A DNA stretch of 63,990 nt, filler included, from Barthelona sp. PAP020 (Eukaryota): NCBI GenBank assembly GCA_040182905.1. It is 6 parts of 6 records of this genome, joined end to end, with 100 filler letters (N's around TTAATTAATTAA, not from the genome) between each part and the next. Parts side by side here need not be neighbours in the genome. Positions count along the whole stretch, not along the records: positions 1 to 11,362 come from JARQWU010000375.1; positions 11,463 to 22,820 come from JARQWU010000376.1; 4 more parts are not named here. One strand, written 5' to 3'. Shown in pieces: positions 10,372 through 20,112 of the stretch (the first letter of the stretch is position 1; every line of letters begins with the position of its first letter). A model generated the notes under the pieces. That model worked only from the letters and a program-made list of their open reading frames with translations. It had not been told where the DNA came from and did no database searches. The position numbers were made by a program, and so were the translations under genes.

Positions 10372-11362
10372 ATGTCTTCTAATACAAAAAAAGATTCAAT
10401 GAAAAGCATTTTGTACAATTTATTTTCTTGGAGAATTGATGATGAAAAATATCATTCCATTGATGAAATAATTACAAATTTTTTATATGTTTGCAAGTAT
10501 TGTTCAAACGGAAGATATTTAGCATTTAGCAGTCATGATTCTAAACTTGGCGGTGTTATACATATTTTGGATGTTGGAACTCAACAAGTCGTTCATACTT
10601 TTAATGACTACCAAACCCCTGCAGTTAATATTGTATTTTCAGATAATGGACAAATGTTAGCCACATGCGCTGATGATGAAATTCTCGTTTATAATCTTGA
10701 TGATTTTTCCATTCTTTCACGATTAAAAAATGATTGTGATGTAAATGGTATTTGTTTTTCTCATTGCTGCAACTATTTATATTCTGGTGATGATTGGGAT
10801 TGCTTGAAAAAATGGGATGTAAAAAAAGGGTGTGTTATTGATGAAAATGAAATACAATCGTTTGCAGTGACCGAATTAAAAATGTGTTCTAATGATAGAT
10901 TTCTGTTGGCTGCTAGTTTAGAAAATTCAGTTAGTTTAATTGACGAAAATAGTTTGAGCGTTATGAAAACTTTCAATCTGGATGGATGTGTAAAAGCTAT
11001 TGAGTTTCACCCAACTGAAAAAATTGTTGCTTTTGGGGATGAAGCTCATAATGTCAGCATTTGGAACATTGATACTGGATTAGTCATTCATAGTTTTGAT
11101 ATGAAAGGTGACGTTTACTGTGTTCGTTTTTTGACGCCTCATATCCTGTTTGTAATGTCTGGTAATGGTTATATCACTTTGTACAATGCAGATCACTTTC
11201 AAGAGCTTCAAAGAGTTTATTGCAACTGTGACGTAAGTTGGTTTTCCTTTGACATATCCCCCGACAGAACACAATTGGTATGTGGTCGATGCAAAGACAA
11301 TTGCATCAAGATATATCCACTCATTCCCTCAATTGATCCATCTCATTTTTCGACACTTGTCG
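10372..11362 (+). CDS. WD40-repeat protein, 3' truncated at contig end
   Basis: CKYCSNGRYLAF, FSDNGQMLATC, LKKWD, FHPTEKIVAFG...VSIWN; runs into the N spacer. Confidence 0.85.
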
Positions 11363-11462
11363 NNNNNNNNNNNNNNNNNNNNNNNNNNNNNNNNNNNNNN
11401 NNNNNNTTAATTAATTAANNNNNNNNNNNNNNNNNNNNNNNNNNNNNNNNNNNNNNNNNNNN
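11363..11462. other. Artificial contig spacer
   Basis: N44-TTAATTAATTAA-N44; identical to the four other spacers. Confidence 0.98.
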
Positions 11463-11463
11463 G

Positions 11464-14319
11464 AAGATAACGTTATTTTTAACAAGATACGTTTCACAAA
11501 AGATGTTTGACACAACTTATTTACAACAGCATATTGTGGATCAACAACTGAAGCTTAAAATTGGAGAGGATGAAGATAGTATATTGTTGATGAGCAAGTT
11601 TTGGATGAGATTCATGAATCTTTTCAGCAAACCAATGAGTATTACTAACGATAAGGCTCATGTTGTAATTGTTGAGTTGTTTAGAGATGTTGTTGAAACG
11701 TTGATGACGAGCAGTCAAAAAGGAAATTTAAGTGCATACCCAAACAGAAAGACAATGGTTGCATTGGTAGGTTACCCTTTATTGGAATTTTTGGGTAATA
11801 ATGAAACGCATATGCCCATTTCTTCAACCGCCAGTTCAATAGCTGTTCAAGTCATTAATTATATTATGAGTAACTGTACCTATATAATTGATGATGATGA
11901 AAAAGAATTTCCTTCATTACCTTCTATAAACAAGTTTAACATGAATAAATTTATGGGAAAATACATCACCGCCATATCAAGAGTGTTACAAGGGTCTTTG
12001 TTTGATGATCCTTCACCCATCTACGCTTGTTGCAGTAGTATGTTGTCTTTGATTAAATCGGATATTGATGGACAATTCTTTTGGTTGAGTGATGTTATGG
12101 AAGCTATTAAAACGTTATTGCATGAAAATAAAATCCCACCTACTTCTTTGAGTGGTTTGATAGATTTATTATGTGGGTACTGTCCAATTGTATTCACCTT
12201 AGGAAAATTGGATGTTCCTGGAAAAGGTACTGTGCTTCAGTATGAATCTTTGTATGTGAATTTGATGATTGAAGCAATTCAAGTTGTAAAGAGTGTGTTA
12301 GGTAGACAACCGAATCTGGTAACCATTCAAAAATTATTGTGTGATTTGTGTTGGTCTTTATCCAATTCTATTTCATTGATTTTAGAAAACACCAAAGACA
12401 ATGAAGGAGACAATCCATTGATCAGCAAAATGATAGATTGTTTGTTTAATCTTGCTGAATTAAAGAACAACCCCAATATTACTTCTGTCGCTTTACAAGC
12501 AATTGGTTGCATTCCTGAGTTGGCAGGAAAATGCATTTCTGGACAGATTTTGGCTCCCTATGTTATTGAAGAATTGTGCAATTTAATTAGGACCAGAGTT
12601 TGCGAGTTTGTACCACCTACAGGGTCTAGTGGTTCCAATCTATTAAACTTTACTATGGTTTCTGTGATAAAGAGCTTCTTTGCCCTTCAATATTGGTTGA
12701 AGAATTATCCTGAAGTCATTGAAAAACATACTGAGTTGATGAGATTAATCTTAAGCACGATGAAATTGTGTATTGATGGGGAAGATTTCAGTCCTGATAC
12801 ATCTGATCCTATTGCCATTGCCCAATTTAAATCGACTGAAAAGGCAAGATTGTTTGCTAAACATCCTGCCACCAGATCTTGTGTGGAATCAGCAATTTCA
12901 TTCCGAGCTTTCGTATTATTTAGATTCAACATGTTTCCTTTCATTGATGACAGCTTAGCTGTTGAATTAGATAATTGTGAAGCTGGAAAGAATGAATTGT
13001 ATTTCGCTTTGGGATATTCAACCATTGGAAGCATCAGTTCTTTAGAAACAGTAAATGAAGAACAGCAACCTATGGTTCGATTAATTTTGAGAACCATTGC
13101 AGGAAAATATGGGTTCGATATTTCCATTGAAAATAAGTTTGACACATGGATTCTTGAGAGAAAAGGATCTAAAGTTCCTCAAATTCAAGAAAAAGGTCAA
13201 TTGCCCCCTCTTGACGCAGAAATTCAACCAGATTGTCCTTTTGCATTTTCTAACGATAGAATTAGGAATCATGTTGATATGTTGGGTGAATTCTTTGGGG
13301 AAATTGAAAATGATGAAGAATTAACTGAGTTGTTTTTAGTTGCTCAAGAACCTGTAACAACAGTTATTGATGAACAAGTTGAAATTTTGGAACAATTGCG
13401 TGATCAAACTGAAATATTGGAAAAAATTCCTCGCAGTGATGAATCGTTTGGTGATTCTTATGTCGCAGAACAAAACATTCTACCTGCCTCTGGAATGAGG
13501 TTAATTAGAAAGGTATTGTTGTCAATGGGACTTCTAACCCCTTGTGAAGAAATTAGTCATTTTTGTCGTTATATTGAACCCAATGATGCATTTTTAGATT
13601 GTATTCAACAATTGGATTCCAAAAATGTTAGGGATTTGGTAACATGTGGTTTAATGTTTGGAGGAAAAAATCAGAGACATTCAAAAGCTATCATAAATAA
13701 CACCACTATTTCCAAAGGATTTTTAGAATTTCAAAAGAGTTTAGGCATTGCACAAATGCCTTCTTCAAGACATTTACCTGTAGGATTGAATTTCCAAGGT
13801 CCTTTATTTATTGATTCAGATGAATTCCAAGAAATTGTGTATTATTGTGCTCCTGAATTTTGTAAGAATGGAATAGATGGTGAAAAATTGATTAGGGGAA
13901 GTCCAGTATTGATTTTGTACAGTGAAGAGCCTGAAATTTCCTCAAGTTTGTATTCTAATATTGATGATTTTAATAAGTTACCTGGAGTATCTCAAGCTAC
14001 CAAAGCTATACTTATCGTTCATCCAATTGAAAAGTATGGAGCAAATCTTTTTTCAACAGAAGTGATTTTAGCTGACACGACTGTTTCTTTGGGATCTTTA
14101 CCCAAGATTACTTTGTTGAACAAAGACCGTTTGGCTAAATTTATTAAGATTTTTGTCAGATATTGTAACATTCCTTCTAAAGCCACTTTTCAACTATCCA
14201 CAAGTTTTTGGAATAGACAAACATTTTTGGACCAAATTATTGATGATTTCTGTCCTGAATCTGAAAATGGCCAATTTGTGGCACATTTATTAGGTACCAA
14301 ACTTAGGGGTAAAAATTAA
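11464..14319 (+). CDS. RalGAP/tuberin-like protein with C-terminal RapGAP domain, probably 5' truncated
   Basis: Frame is open from the contig start. VRLILRTIAGKYGFD resembles RalGAP; LDSKNVRDLVTCGLMFGGKNQ...IINN...GFLEFQKSLG and VLILYSE match the RapGAP fold; N-terminus is helical. Confidence 0.75.
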   Translation, partial: KITLFLTRYVSQKMFDTTYLQQHIVDQQLKLKIGEDEDSILLMSKFWMRFMNLFSKPMSITNDKAHVVIVELFRDVVETLMTSSQKGNLSAYPNRKTMVALVGYPLLEFLGNNETHMPISSTASSIAVQVINYIMSNCTYIIDDDEKEFPSLPSINKFNMNKFMGKYITAISRVLQGSLFDDPSPIYACCSSMLSLIKSDIDGQFFWLSDVMEAIKTLLHENKIPPTSLSGLIDLLCGYCPIVFTLGKLDVPGKGTVLQYESLYVNLMIEAIQVVKSVLGRQPNLVTIQKLLCDLCWSLSNSISLILENTKDNEGDNPLISKMIDCLFNLAELKNNPNITSVALQAIGCIPELAGKCISGQILAPYVIEELCNLIRTRVCEFVPPTGSSGSNLLNFTMVSVIKSFFALQYWLKNYPEVIEKHTELMRLILSTMKLCIDGEDFSPDTSDPIAIAQFKSTEKARLFAKHPATRSCVESAISFRAFVLFRFNMFPFIDDSLAVELDNCEAGKNELYFALGYSTIGSISSLETVNEEQQPMVRLILRTIAGKYGFDISIENKFDTWILERKGSKVPQIQEKGQLPPLDAEIQPDCPFAFSNDRIRNHVDMLGEFFGEIENDEELTELFLVAQEPVTTVIDEQVEILEQLRDQTEILEKIPRSDESFGDSYVAEQNILPASGMRLIRKVLLSMGLLTPCEEISHFCRYIEPNDAFLDCIQQLDSKNVRDLVTCGLMFGGKNQRHSKAIINNTTISKGFLEFQKSLGIAQMPSSRHLPVGLNFQGPLFIDSDEFQEIVYYCAPEFCKNGIDGEKLIRGSPVLILYSEEPEISSSLYSNIDDFNKLPGVSQATKAILIVHPIEKYGANLFSTEVILADTTVSLGSLPKITLLNKDRLAKFIKIFVRYCNIPSKATFQLSTSFWNRQTFLDQIIDDFCPESENGQFVAHLLGTKLRGKN

Positions 14320-14897
14320 TTTTTTGAATTGTATTTGTAGATATTCCTATTTTTAATATTGAAAGGAAATTATTGTGTAATATTGCAATGAGAGGACTTT
14401 TCATTTTTGTGTGTGTATATTTGTATATTTGTGTTTGTTTGGATGTGTTGTAAATTTTTTATTTATTTGTTATTCGTTTGTTATTGTAAGTTTTACTTAA
14501 AATCTTTTTTTAAATTAAACAACAACAAAACTGCAGCCCCATTTAATAAGGCTGTTATGTCAAATTACGGCAATAGGATTTATGTTTGAAATTATACATA
14601 GTTTATTTGAAAATAATTACCATGTTTGAAACTAAGGCACAATCAGTACCAGATTCTTTAGGTTTTCATGGAAGGAAATGATATTTAAATGGATATTTGG
14701 GGGAAATCACTGAATATGTTTGCTTAAGCAAACCTTGTTGGATTGTATCATCAACACAACTGGGTTTTTTTAGCCGCATAAAATCAGCAAATAGCCAAAA
14801 AAAAAACTATTTGTTTTCCCTTTTTTTCTTTTTTGGGAAAATGAGGCCCAACCTTCTAATCAAGGAAATGCTCAAGATTGTGGCATAATATTATTTA

Positions 14898-15107
14898 TTA
14901 GATATTTATGAGGTATGAGTTGTTCAGTGAACAACGAAACGAGTTAGCTTAAGGTTTGGGGAAAACTCACGTGAATTCAGATGCCCAAGTAACTTAAAAA
15001 ATTGGACCTAAAGATGGTCAAGAAACAACAAAATAAAGGAAGTGATATTTGATGACCTCTTTATATCTCCAATAAATTCCGTTCATTGAGCATGAACTTC
15101 CACATTA
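14898..15107 (+). mobile_element. Element B copy 1: 210-bp non-coding insertion element with no TIRs and subterminal hairpins
   Basis: Near-identical reverse complement at 41634..41842 (6 substitutions + 1 indel); both copies are preceded by TTTA; other flanks are unrelated. Confidence 0.85.
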
Positions 15108-15132
15108 ATCAATTGGTTGAGATGAATTCTTC

Positions 15133-15192
15133 AAAAAAAAAAAAAAAAAAAAAACAAAAAAAATTTTAAAAAAAAAAAAAAAAAAAAAAAAA
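15133..15192 (+). repeat. Interrupted poly(A) tract
   Basis: About 60 nt of almost pure A, broken by one C and one TTTT. Confidence 0.9.
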
Positions 15193-15502
15193 CGAAATAA
15201 TTTATCAGAAGAAAAAGCAAAAATATTAAATCAAACCAATTGAATATTTCCTGCGAAATCCAACATGATCCTTTGCGAATCAGACTAAATGATGTGTTGA
15301 CTGAACAATAGCTCTATGACTGTCTGGAGACAATGATTAAATATAAAGACTCAATATTGCAAACCCTTGACCAATCCACAACCCTTTACATTCAAATAAA
15401 AAAGAAATTTTTGTTTTTCGAAACACCCAAGCAAAAACTGCTTGCTTAGACCAAAAAAAAAAAATGAATGTATTGAAAAACAAAACAAAAAACCGTCAAT
15501 CA

Positions 15503-16870
15503 TCAATTTTTTTCTTCTTCTACAATTTCATCAACAAAAACATTGTCATTTAAATTGTCAATCCTATCTCCAGTTATCCTGAGCAACGATAATTGGGGGA
15601 AAATTAAAAATCTGCAAGGAAAAAATCCACAACTGATCCCTCTGCTCACATACATTCTATTATCACCTCTGGCCCATAGCCCTCTAGTGGGTATTTTGGT
15701 TATCAAATTAATCCAATCTAACATATAACGAGCACCGATTCTTTTAAAAGGAAGCCTAGCGTATCCTCCATGACAATGGCCTGCTAAAGCTAAATCAACA
15801 CCACAACCCTCATCGCCTTCTGCTAAAAACTTTTTTTCTCCAGAAAATTGTGGAATTGTGTCTCCATTAGACCTACTTGAGGAAAGATGTTCCAACAACT
15901 CAGGATTATGACATAAAAATAATCTGAAAGTGTTTGGAATTGGTGGATTTCGAGAGCAAAAATTTCTCACTTGAATTTGAATATTGTTTTGATGAAAATC
16001 AATTCCCAACACTTGAACTTTTCCAATTCTGGTATCCAAAATTGCAACTTCATCACACAAAATTCGAATATTCATTTTTGAAAAATAAACAAAGTTCTCA
16101 ATATCTTCCTTTGAATCCTTATTACCAGGAATAGCAAAGACCTTGCCTGCTTCACATAATTTACTTAAAGGTCTTAACATTTTTTGCAAATGCTGATGTG
16201 TAAATGACATAAAGCAATCACCTGTAAAAACAACCAAATCAACTTCATTTCCTAACAATTCATTCAAGGCATTTCTAATTCGTAAAAAACGAGGCCAATA
16301 AAGTTGGTCCAAATCAGAAAAATGAATGATGTTTAAATGTTGCTGTTTCAATGGTTTCATTACATTTAATGGGTACTCCTTAGTTAATATTGGTTGTCGT
16401 TGATCAACAAATTCATTAAATAAGTGAATATCCACAAATCTTGCCATTAAAAATGAAGAACAATGTATAGCAATACATGTAGATATAGTAGCAAATATTG
16501 TGGGCAGCCAAATCCAAAAGTATGAAAAAACTAAAAATAAGGCAAAATTGAAATTCCATATAATCAATGAGCTACCAATATTTATCAATAAGTGACCAAT
16601 TCTAACATGAGATAAATGAGGAAAATTATGATTTATAAACAAACAAATCAATTCAAATAAAAAAAGAATGGAAGTAATACCGAATGGAAATCTATATGAA
16701 ATTCTTGTTCGAATAAATGAATTTAAAACACAAAATGCGGTACACTTAACTGTTGTAAAATACAAAGCAAAGAAGGTGAAATTATTTTTTGTTTTTAATG
16801 AAGTGAATAATATAAATAACAAAAAAAAGACCAAACTTTCTTCAATCGCAAAAAGAAAAATAAACTTCAT
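15503..16870 (-). CDS. Membrane-anchored calcineurin-like metallophosphoesterase (YkuE/TMPPE-like) with degenerate motifs
   Basis: Hydrophobic N-terminus; HFSDLD, VFTGDCF, IPGNKD, LCHNP, LAGHCHGG, YVSRG...PCRF...PQLSLL. Confidence 0.8.
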   Translation of the reverse strand: MKFIFLFAIEESLVFFLLFILFTSLKTKNNFTFFALYFTTVKCTAFCVLNSFIRTRISYRFPFGITSILFLFELICLFINHNFPHLSHVRIGHLLINIGSSLIIWNFNFALFLVFSYFWIWLPTIFATISTCIAIHCSSFLMARFVDIHLFNEFVDQRQPILTKEYPLNVMKPLKQQHLNIIHFSDLDQLYWPRFLRIRNALNELLGNEVDLVVFTGDCFMSFTHQHLQKMLRPLSKLCEAGKVFAIPGNKDSKEDIENFVYFSKMNIRILCDEVAILDTRIGKVQVLGIDFHQNNIQIQVRNFCSRNPPIPNTFRLFLCHNPELLEHLSSSRSNGDTIPQFSGEKKFLAEGDEGCGVDLALAGHCHGGYARLPFKRIGARYMLDWINLITKIPTRGLWARGDNRMYVSRGISCGFFPCRFLIFPQLSLLRITGDRIDNLNDNVFVDEIVEEEKN

Positions 16871-17024
16871 TCTTAAAATGACAAAAAAAAGTTAAATTGC
16901 AATAAAATTTCTTTTGCAACAATAATAACACTTATTTGTTTATTTAAAACAACAGCAACAACAATAAATTATAACAATAAAGAAATAATAATAATAATTT
17001 ATGGTAAGATGCAAAAACATTGAA

Positions 17025-19733
17025 TCATTCCTTTGATTTGGATTTAAACTCATATCTATAAAAGAAACCTCCATCTAATTGATCAAAACTTTCATAATTT
17101 TCCAAAGGATAGAATATATGATTCAACAATTTTGAATATAAAAACTCACTCACACAAGAAATATTGTCATCAAAAGTCTTGTTTATTTTTTTGATTTCAT
17201 GATTTTTCGTTGAGATTACAGGTTTCAATAAGAAATCATCACTGAAAACATTATGAAAAGTTCTTGAATCATCTGAAGCACCTGAATTCTTCAAGATCTT
17301 TGAATACAATTCATCCCCAACACGATGAATAGAAGTCCACTCTTGGTTTTTTGTTGCAGTTCTTGAAGTCAACAATAATCTTTTCATATACCCACTTTCA
17401 CCGAAAATGGGTTGAATAGGTAATGGTAAATGATCATGCCAATCTCCATTTCCAGCATGATCAATCAAAATCGGGTAATTCCAAAATTTGTAATCATAAA
17501 CATCCTTTGCATGAAATTTAGAGGAATACTTAACAGGCGGTATTGGTTTAATATCACCAAGAGAATCAAATGATTGAGCAACATCAAAATCTTCACTAAA
17601 CGATCTTGATAAAGCTTTTATGCCATCTTGATTAAAATCATCATTTTCATCCAATGAAGAATTATGTAACTGAATAAATGAAGGATCTTTTAAATTGGTT
17701 CTGGAATTTGCTGCAGTTTTTGACGTGAACATATCACTAAATCGAGTTTTTTGCGACTTCTTTTCACCAATCGGCAATTTTGAAAGTTTACTAAATACTG
17801 ACACAGATTCATTTTCTTCTTCCTCAGAATTATGTCCAGTTTCCAACGTAAACATCATTTCTTTATGTAAGGCTTGTGTTTTTCGATCATAATATTTCTT
17901 ATCCATCACTAACATTTCTGATATGCTTTCATTACTCAAATTGAAGTCAGAATACTCATCAATTTCAACAAATTTAACATCTTCAATGAAATATAGTTGT
18001 TTTGTGGTAACAAATTCACTGTAGTATTTTTCAGTTGGATCTATTTCAATAGTATCAATATTCTCCGTCTTTGATGAAATTTGTGCATGTTTACGTTGAG
18101 AAATAATTTGAATACCAATATCTGTGTCAATATCGGCTTGATATTTCATTTTGAACGAACTAGGACGATGTTTATACCGACGATTAGTCTTTTTATTGCC
18201 ATTTTCAGATTCAATTGTTGTTTTGTCCATTAAATCCTCTAAACTAACAGCAGTAGGCATGTTTGGTACATGTTTAATGATAAAAAAGGTATATGAAGAA
18301 ACCGCTGGCCAAAAATCAAAGAATATTTCGAAATTCTTACTTTTTATTTCCTGTTCTTCGGAAATCTTACGTTTTATTTTGTTCACATTATCAACTGTTG
18401 CTGTTATATAGAAAGATAAAGGATGATCTGATAGTGCATCAACATTGAAATCGATATTCATCTTTACTCTGGCTACACGTCCTCGAGGAACAGATATTCT
18501 TCCCCAAAATATAATTCCCGGAGTATTAACAAGATATATTGGATATTTAACAACATTGTCAGTGGGTGTGATTGGAAAATCAACATGAGAAAATAATTGA
18601 AGGGTATCCGATGTAATTTCTTGATTAAAAAAGGATGATAAAGCAAAAGGGTTCATTCTATTCGTCACATCCAATAGATAGTTGTAACATTCCATTTCGA
18701 TTTGATCAATATCATCAGGAAATGAAAAAAACGCAGGATAATAGAAATTTGGTAACTTGTTATTGGTTAAAAACATTGCCGATAATTCAACGGCATAAAA
18801 CCTAAATTCGGCGGACAGATTTTCATCCACAATATATTTACTAAGATGATTTTGAACAATATCAAGCATTAAAACATCAAGGGGTGCGGTTACCACTAAA
18901 AAAAAAGCTCTGGGATGAATATAAAATAGATGATGCAAAAATAAAATACAAATAGAACATAACCTCTCAAATAAACACATTGATTCCATGACACCATTGA
19001 GAATCAGGCTTAATTCTTCATCTTCTAAAACAGAGCATACTTCAATACCCAAAGGACAAGCAATTAACTCTAAAACTTCTAAAATATACATAAATCTCTC
19101 CAATCTAGATGGTGTTGGAAACCAAAAATTGTATAATGACTCTTGTATTAGTTTCAACAATTTTGTTGCTTCTTTGTACAAATGTGAAGGAATTCGGGTC
19201 AACATAAACTTTTCAACTTGGATTTTTAAATCAATAGAATTGTTACTAATCTTCGGATTTAAAGAAGACACATTAAATATACTACTATGAAAAGGTGTGT
19301 TGTTTAATTCATCAGTTGATTTAATAATTCCTTTTTTTTTTAATTTTTCCTCATCTGTGAATGTAGAACTATCACGACCACTCAATCTAGAAGGAGTGTG
19401 CCTTGAAATATATATATCTGACCGTGCAGATTGATTAGAAAGAGGTCGGCTGAAATCACTTCCTTCCCTTTTACTCAATAGTAAATCTTCTCGTCGTTTT
19501 CTTTGAAATAAAGATTCATTTAAATTATTAAATGTGTCAAAGTCTTTCTTTTCCTCATTTTCATATGTCATAAACACTTTAGATCGTTCTGTAAGTTCTC
19601 CTGAATGCTTTTTTACAGGATTTGGAATGAAATCTGGTTCCAGATAATTCAATTCTTCGGGTAAAGCTGTTCTTATCGGTGATAATACTTTACTTAACTC
19701 TAGAATTGGTACTTTGGGTGGTTTTCGATTCAT
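17025..19733 (-). CDS. Hypothetical protein, 902 aa
   Basis: Long uninterrupted ORF; no family recognised. Confidence 0.75.
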   Translation of the reverse strand: MNRKPPKVPILELSKVLSPIRTALPEELNYLEPDFIPNPVKKHSGELTERSKVFMTYENEEKKDFDTFNNLNESLFQRKRREDLLLSKREGSDFSRPLSNQSARSDIYISRHTPSRLSGRDSSTFTDEEKLKKKGIIKSTDELNNTPFHSSIFNVSSLNPKISNNSIDLKIQVEKFMLTRIPSHLYKEATKLLKLIQESLYNFWFPTPSRLERFMYILEVLELIACPLGIEVCSVLEDEELSLILNGVMESMCLFERLCSICILFLHHLFYIHPRAFFLVVTAPLDVLMLDIVQNHLSKYIVDENLSAEFRFYAVELSAMFLTNNKLPNFYYPAFFSFPDDIDQIEMECYNYLLDVTNRMNPFALSSFFNQEITSDTLQLFSHVDFPITPTDNVVKYPIYLVNTPGIIFWGRISVPRGRVARVKMNIDFNVDALSDHPLSFYITATVDNVNKIKRKISEEQEIKSKNFEIFFDFWPAVSSYTFFIIKHVPNMPTAVSLEDLMDKTTIESENGNKKTNRRYKHRPSSFKMKYQADIDTDIGIQIISQRKHAQISSKTENIDTIEIDPTEKYYSEFVTTKQLYFIEDVKFVEIDEYSDFNLSNESISEMLVMDKKYYDRKTQALHKEMMFTLETGHNSEEEENESVSVFSKLSKLPIGEKKSQKTRFSDMFTSKTAANSRTNLKDPSFIQLHNSSLDENDDFNQDGIKALSRSFSEDFDVAQSFDSLGDIKPIPPVKYSSKFHAKDVYDYKFWNYPILIDHAGNGDWHDHLPLPIQPIFGESGYMKRLLLTSRTATKNQEWTSIHRVGDELYSKILKNSGASDDSRTFHNVFSDDFLLKPVISTKNHEIKKINKTFDDNISCVSEFLYSKLLNHIFYPLENYESFDQLDGGFFYRYEFKSKSKE

Positions 19734-20112
19734 ATAAGCATAAAATACATGACTAAAATGAAAAAAAAAAAATTATTTCCCTTTAAATCGATTTTTTAAT
19801 TTTTTTTTTTTAAACAAAGTAATTTGTATTTTTTTTTTCATAAAAAAAAATTGACATGAGAATTAAAGGTAATATATTAGTTTGTTTCAAAGAGTTGTAA
19901 GGAGAAAAAAAACAAAAAAACAAAAAATATTTGTGGTGAATAACAACATTTTTTACGAAATCTCAGGGGATCTTTTGTTGTATTTGAAAAATTTCAATCG
20001 GAACTTCAAAAATGAATGAATGATTGATAAAATCAAATGGTTTTCTTTTCAGCATATGAATTTTTGCGAACTACTGTTCACAATATTTTATCTTTTTTGG
20101 TTTGGTGTATTA

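Noticed and set aside
1..11362. Contig 1 as a TIR transposon, Polinton or linear plasmid
   Set aside because: The inverted ends are coding parts of WD40 paralogs, and the interior carries cellular genes with no transposase, integrase, polymerase or capsid.
11363..11462. Recurrent palindrome TTAATTAATTAA about every 11.4 kb
   Set aside because: It is always centred in exactly 100 nt of N padding, so it is an artificial stop-codon linker; ORFs reading through it are artefacts.
15133..15192. Poly(A) tract as the retroposition tail of element B
   Set aside because: It is separated from the element end by 25 unshared bases and is absent at copy 2.
15240..15400. Possible box C/D snoRNA (ATGATG...CTGA)
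   Set aside because: Box C is imperfect, and no terminal stem or rRNA-complementary guide could be identified.
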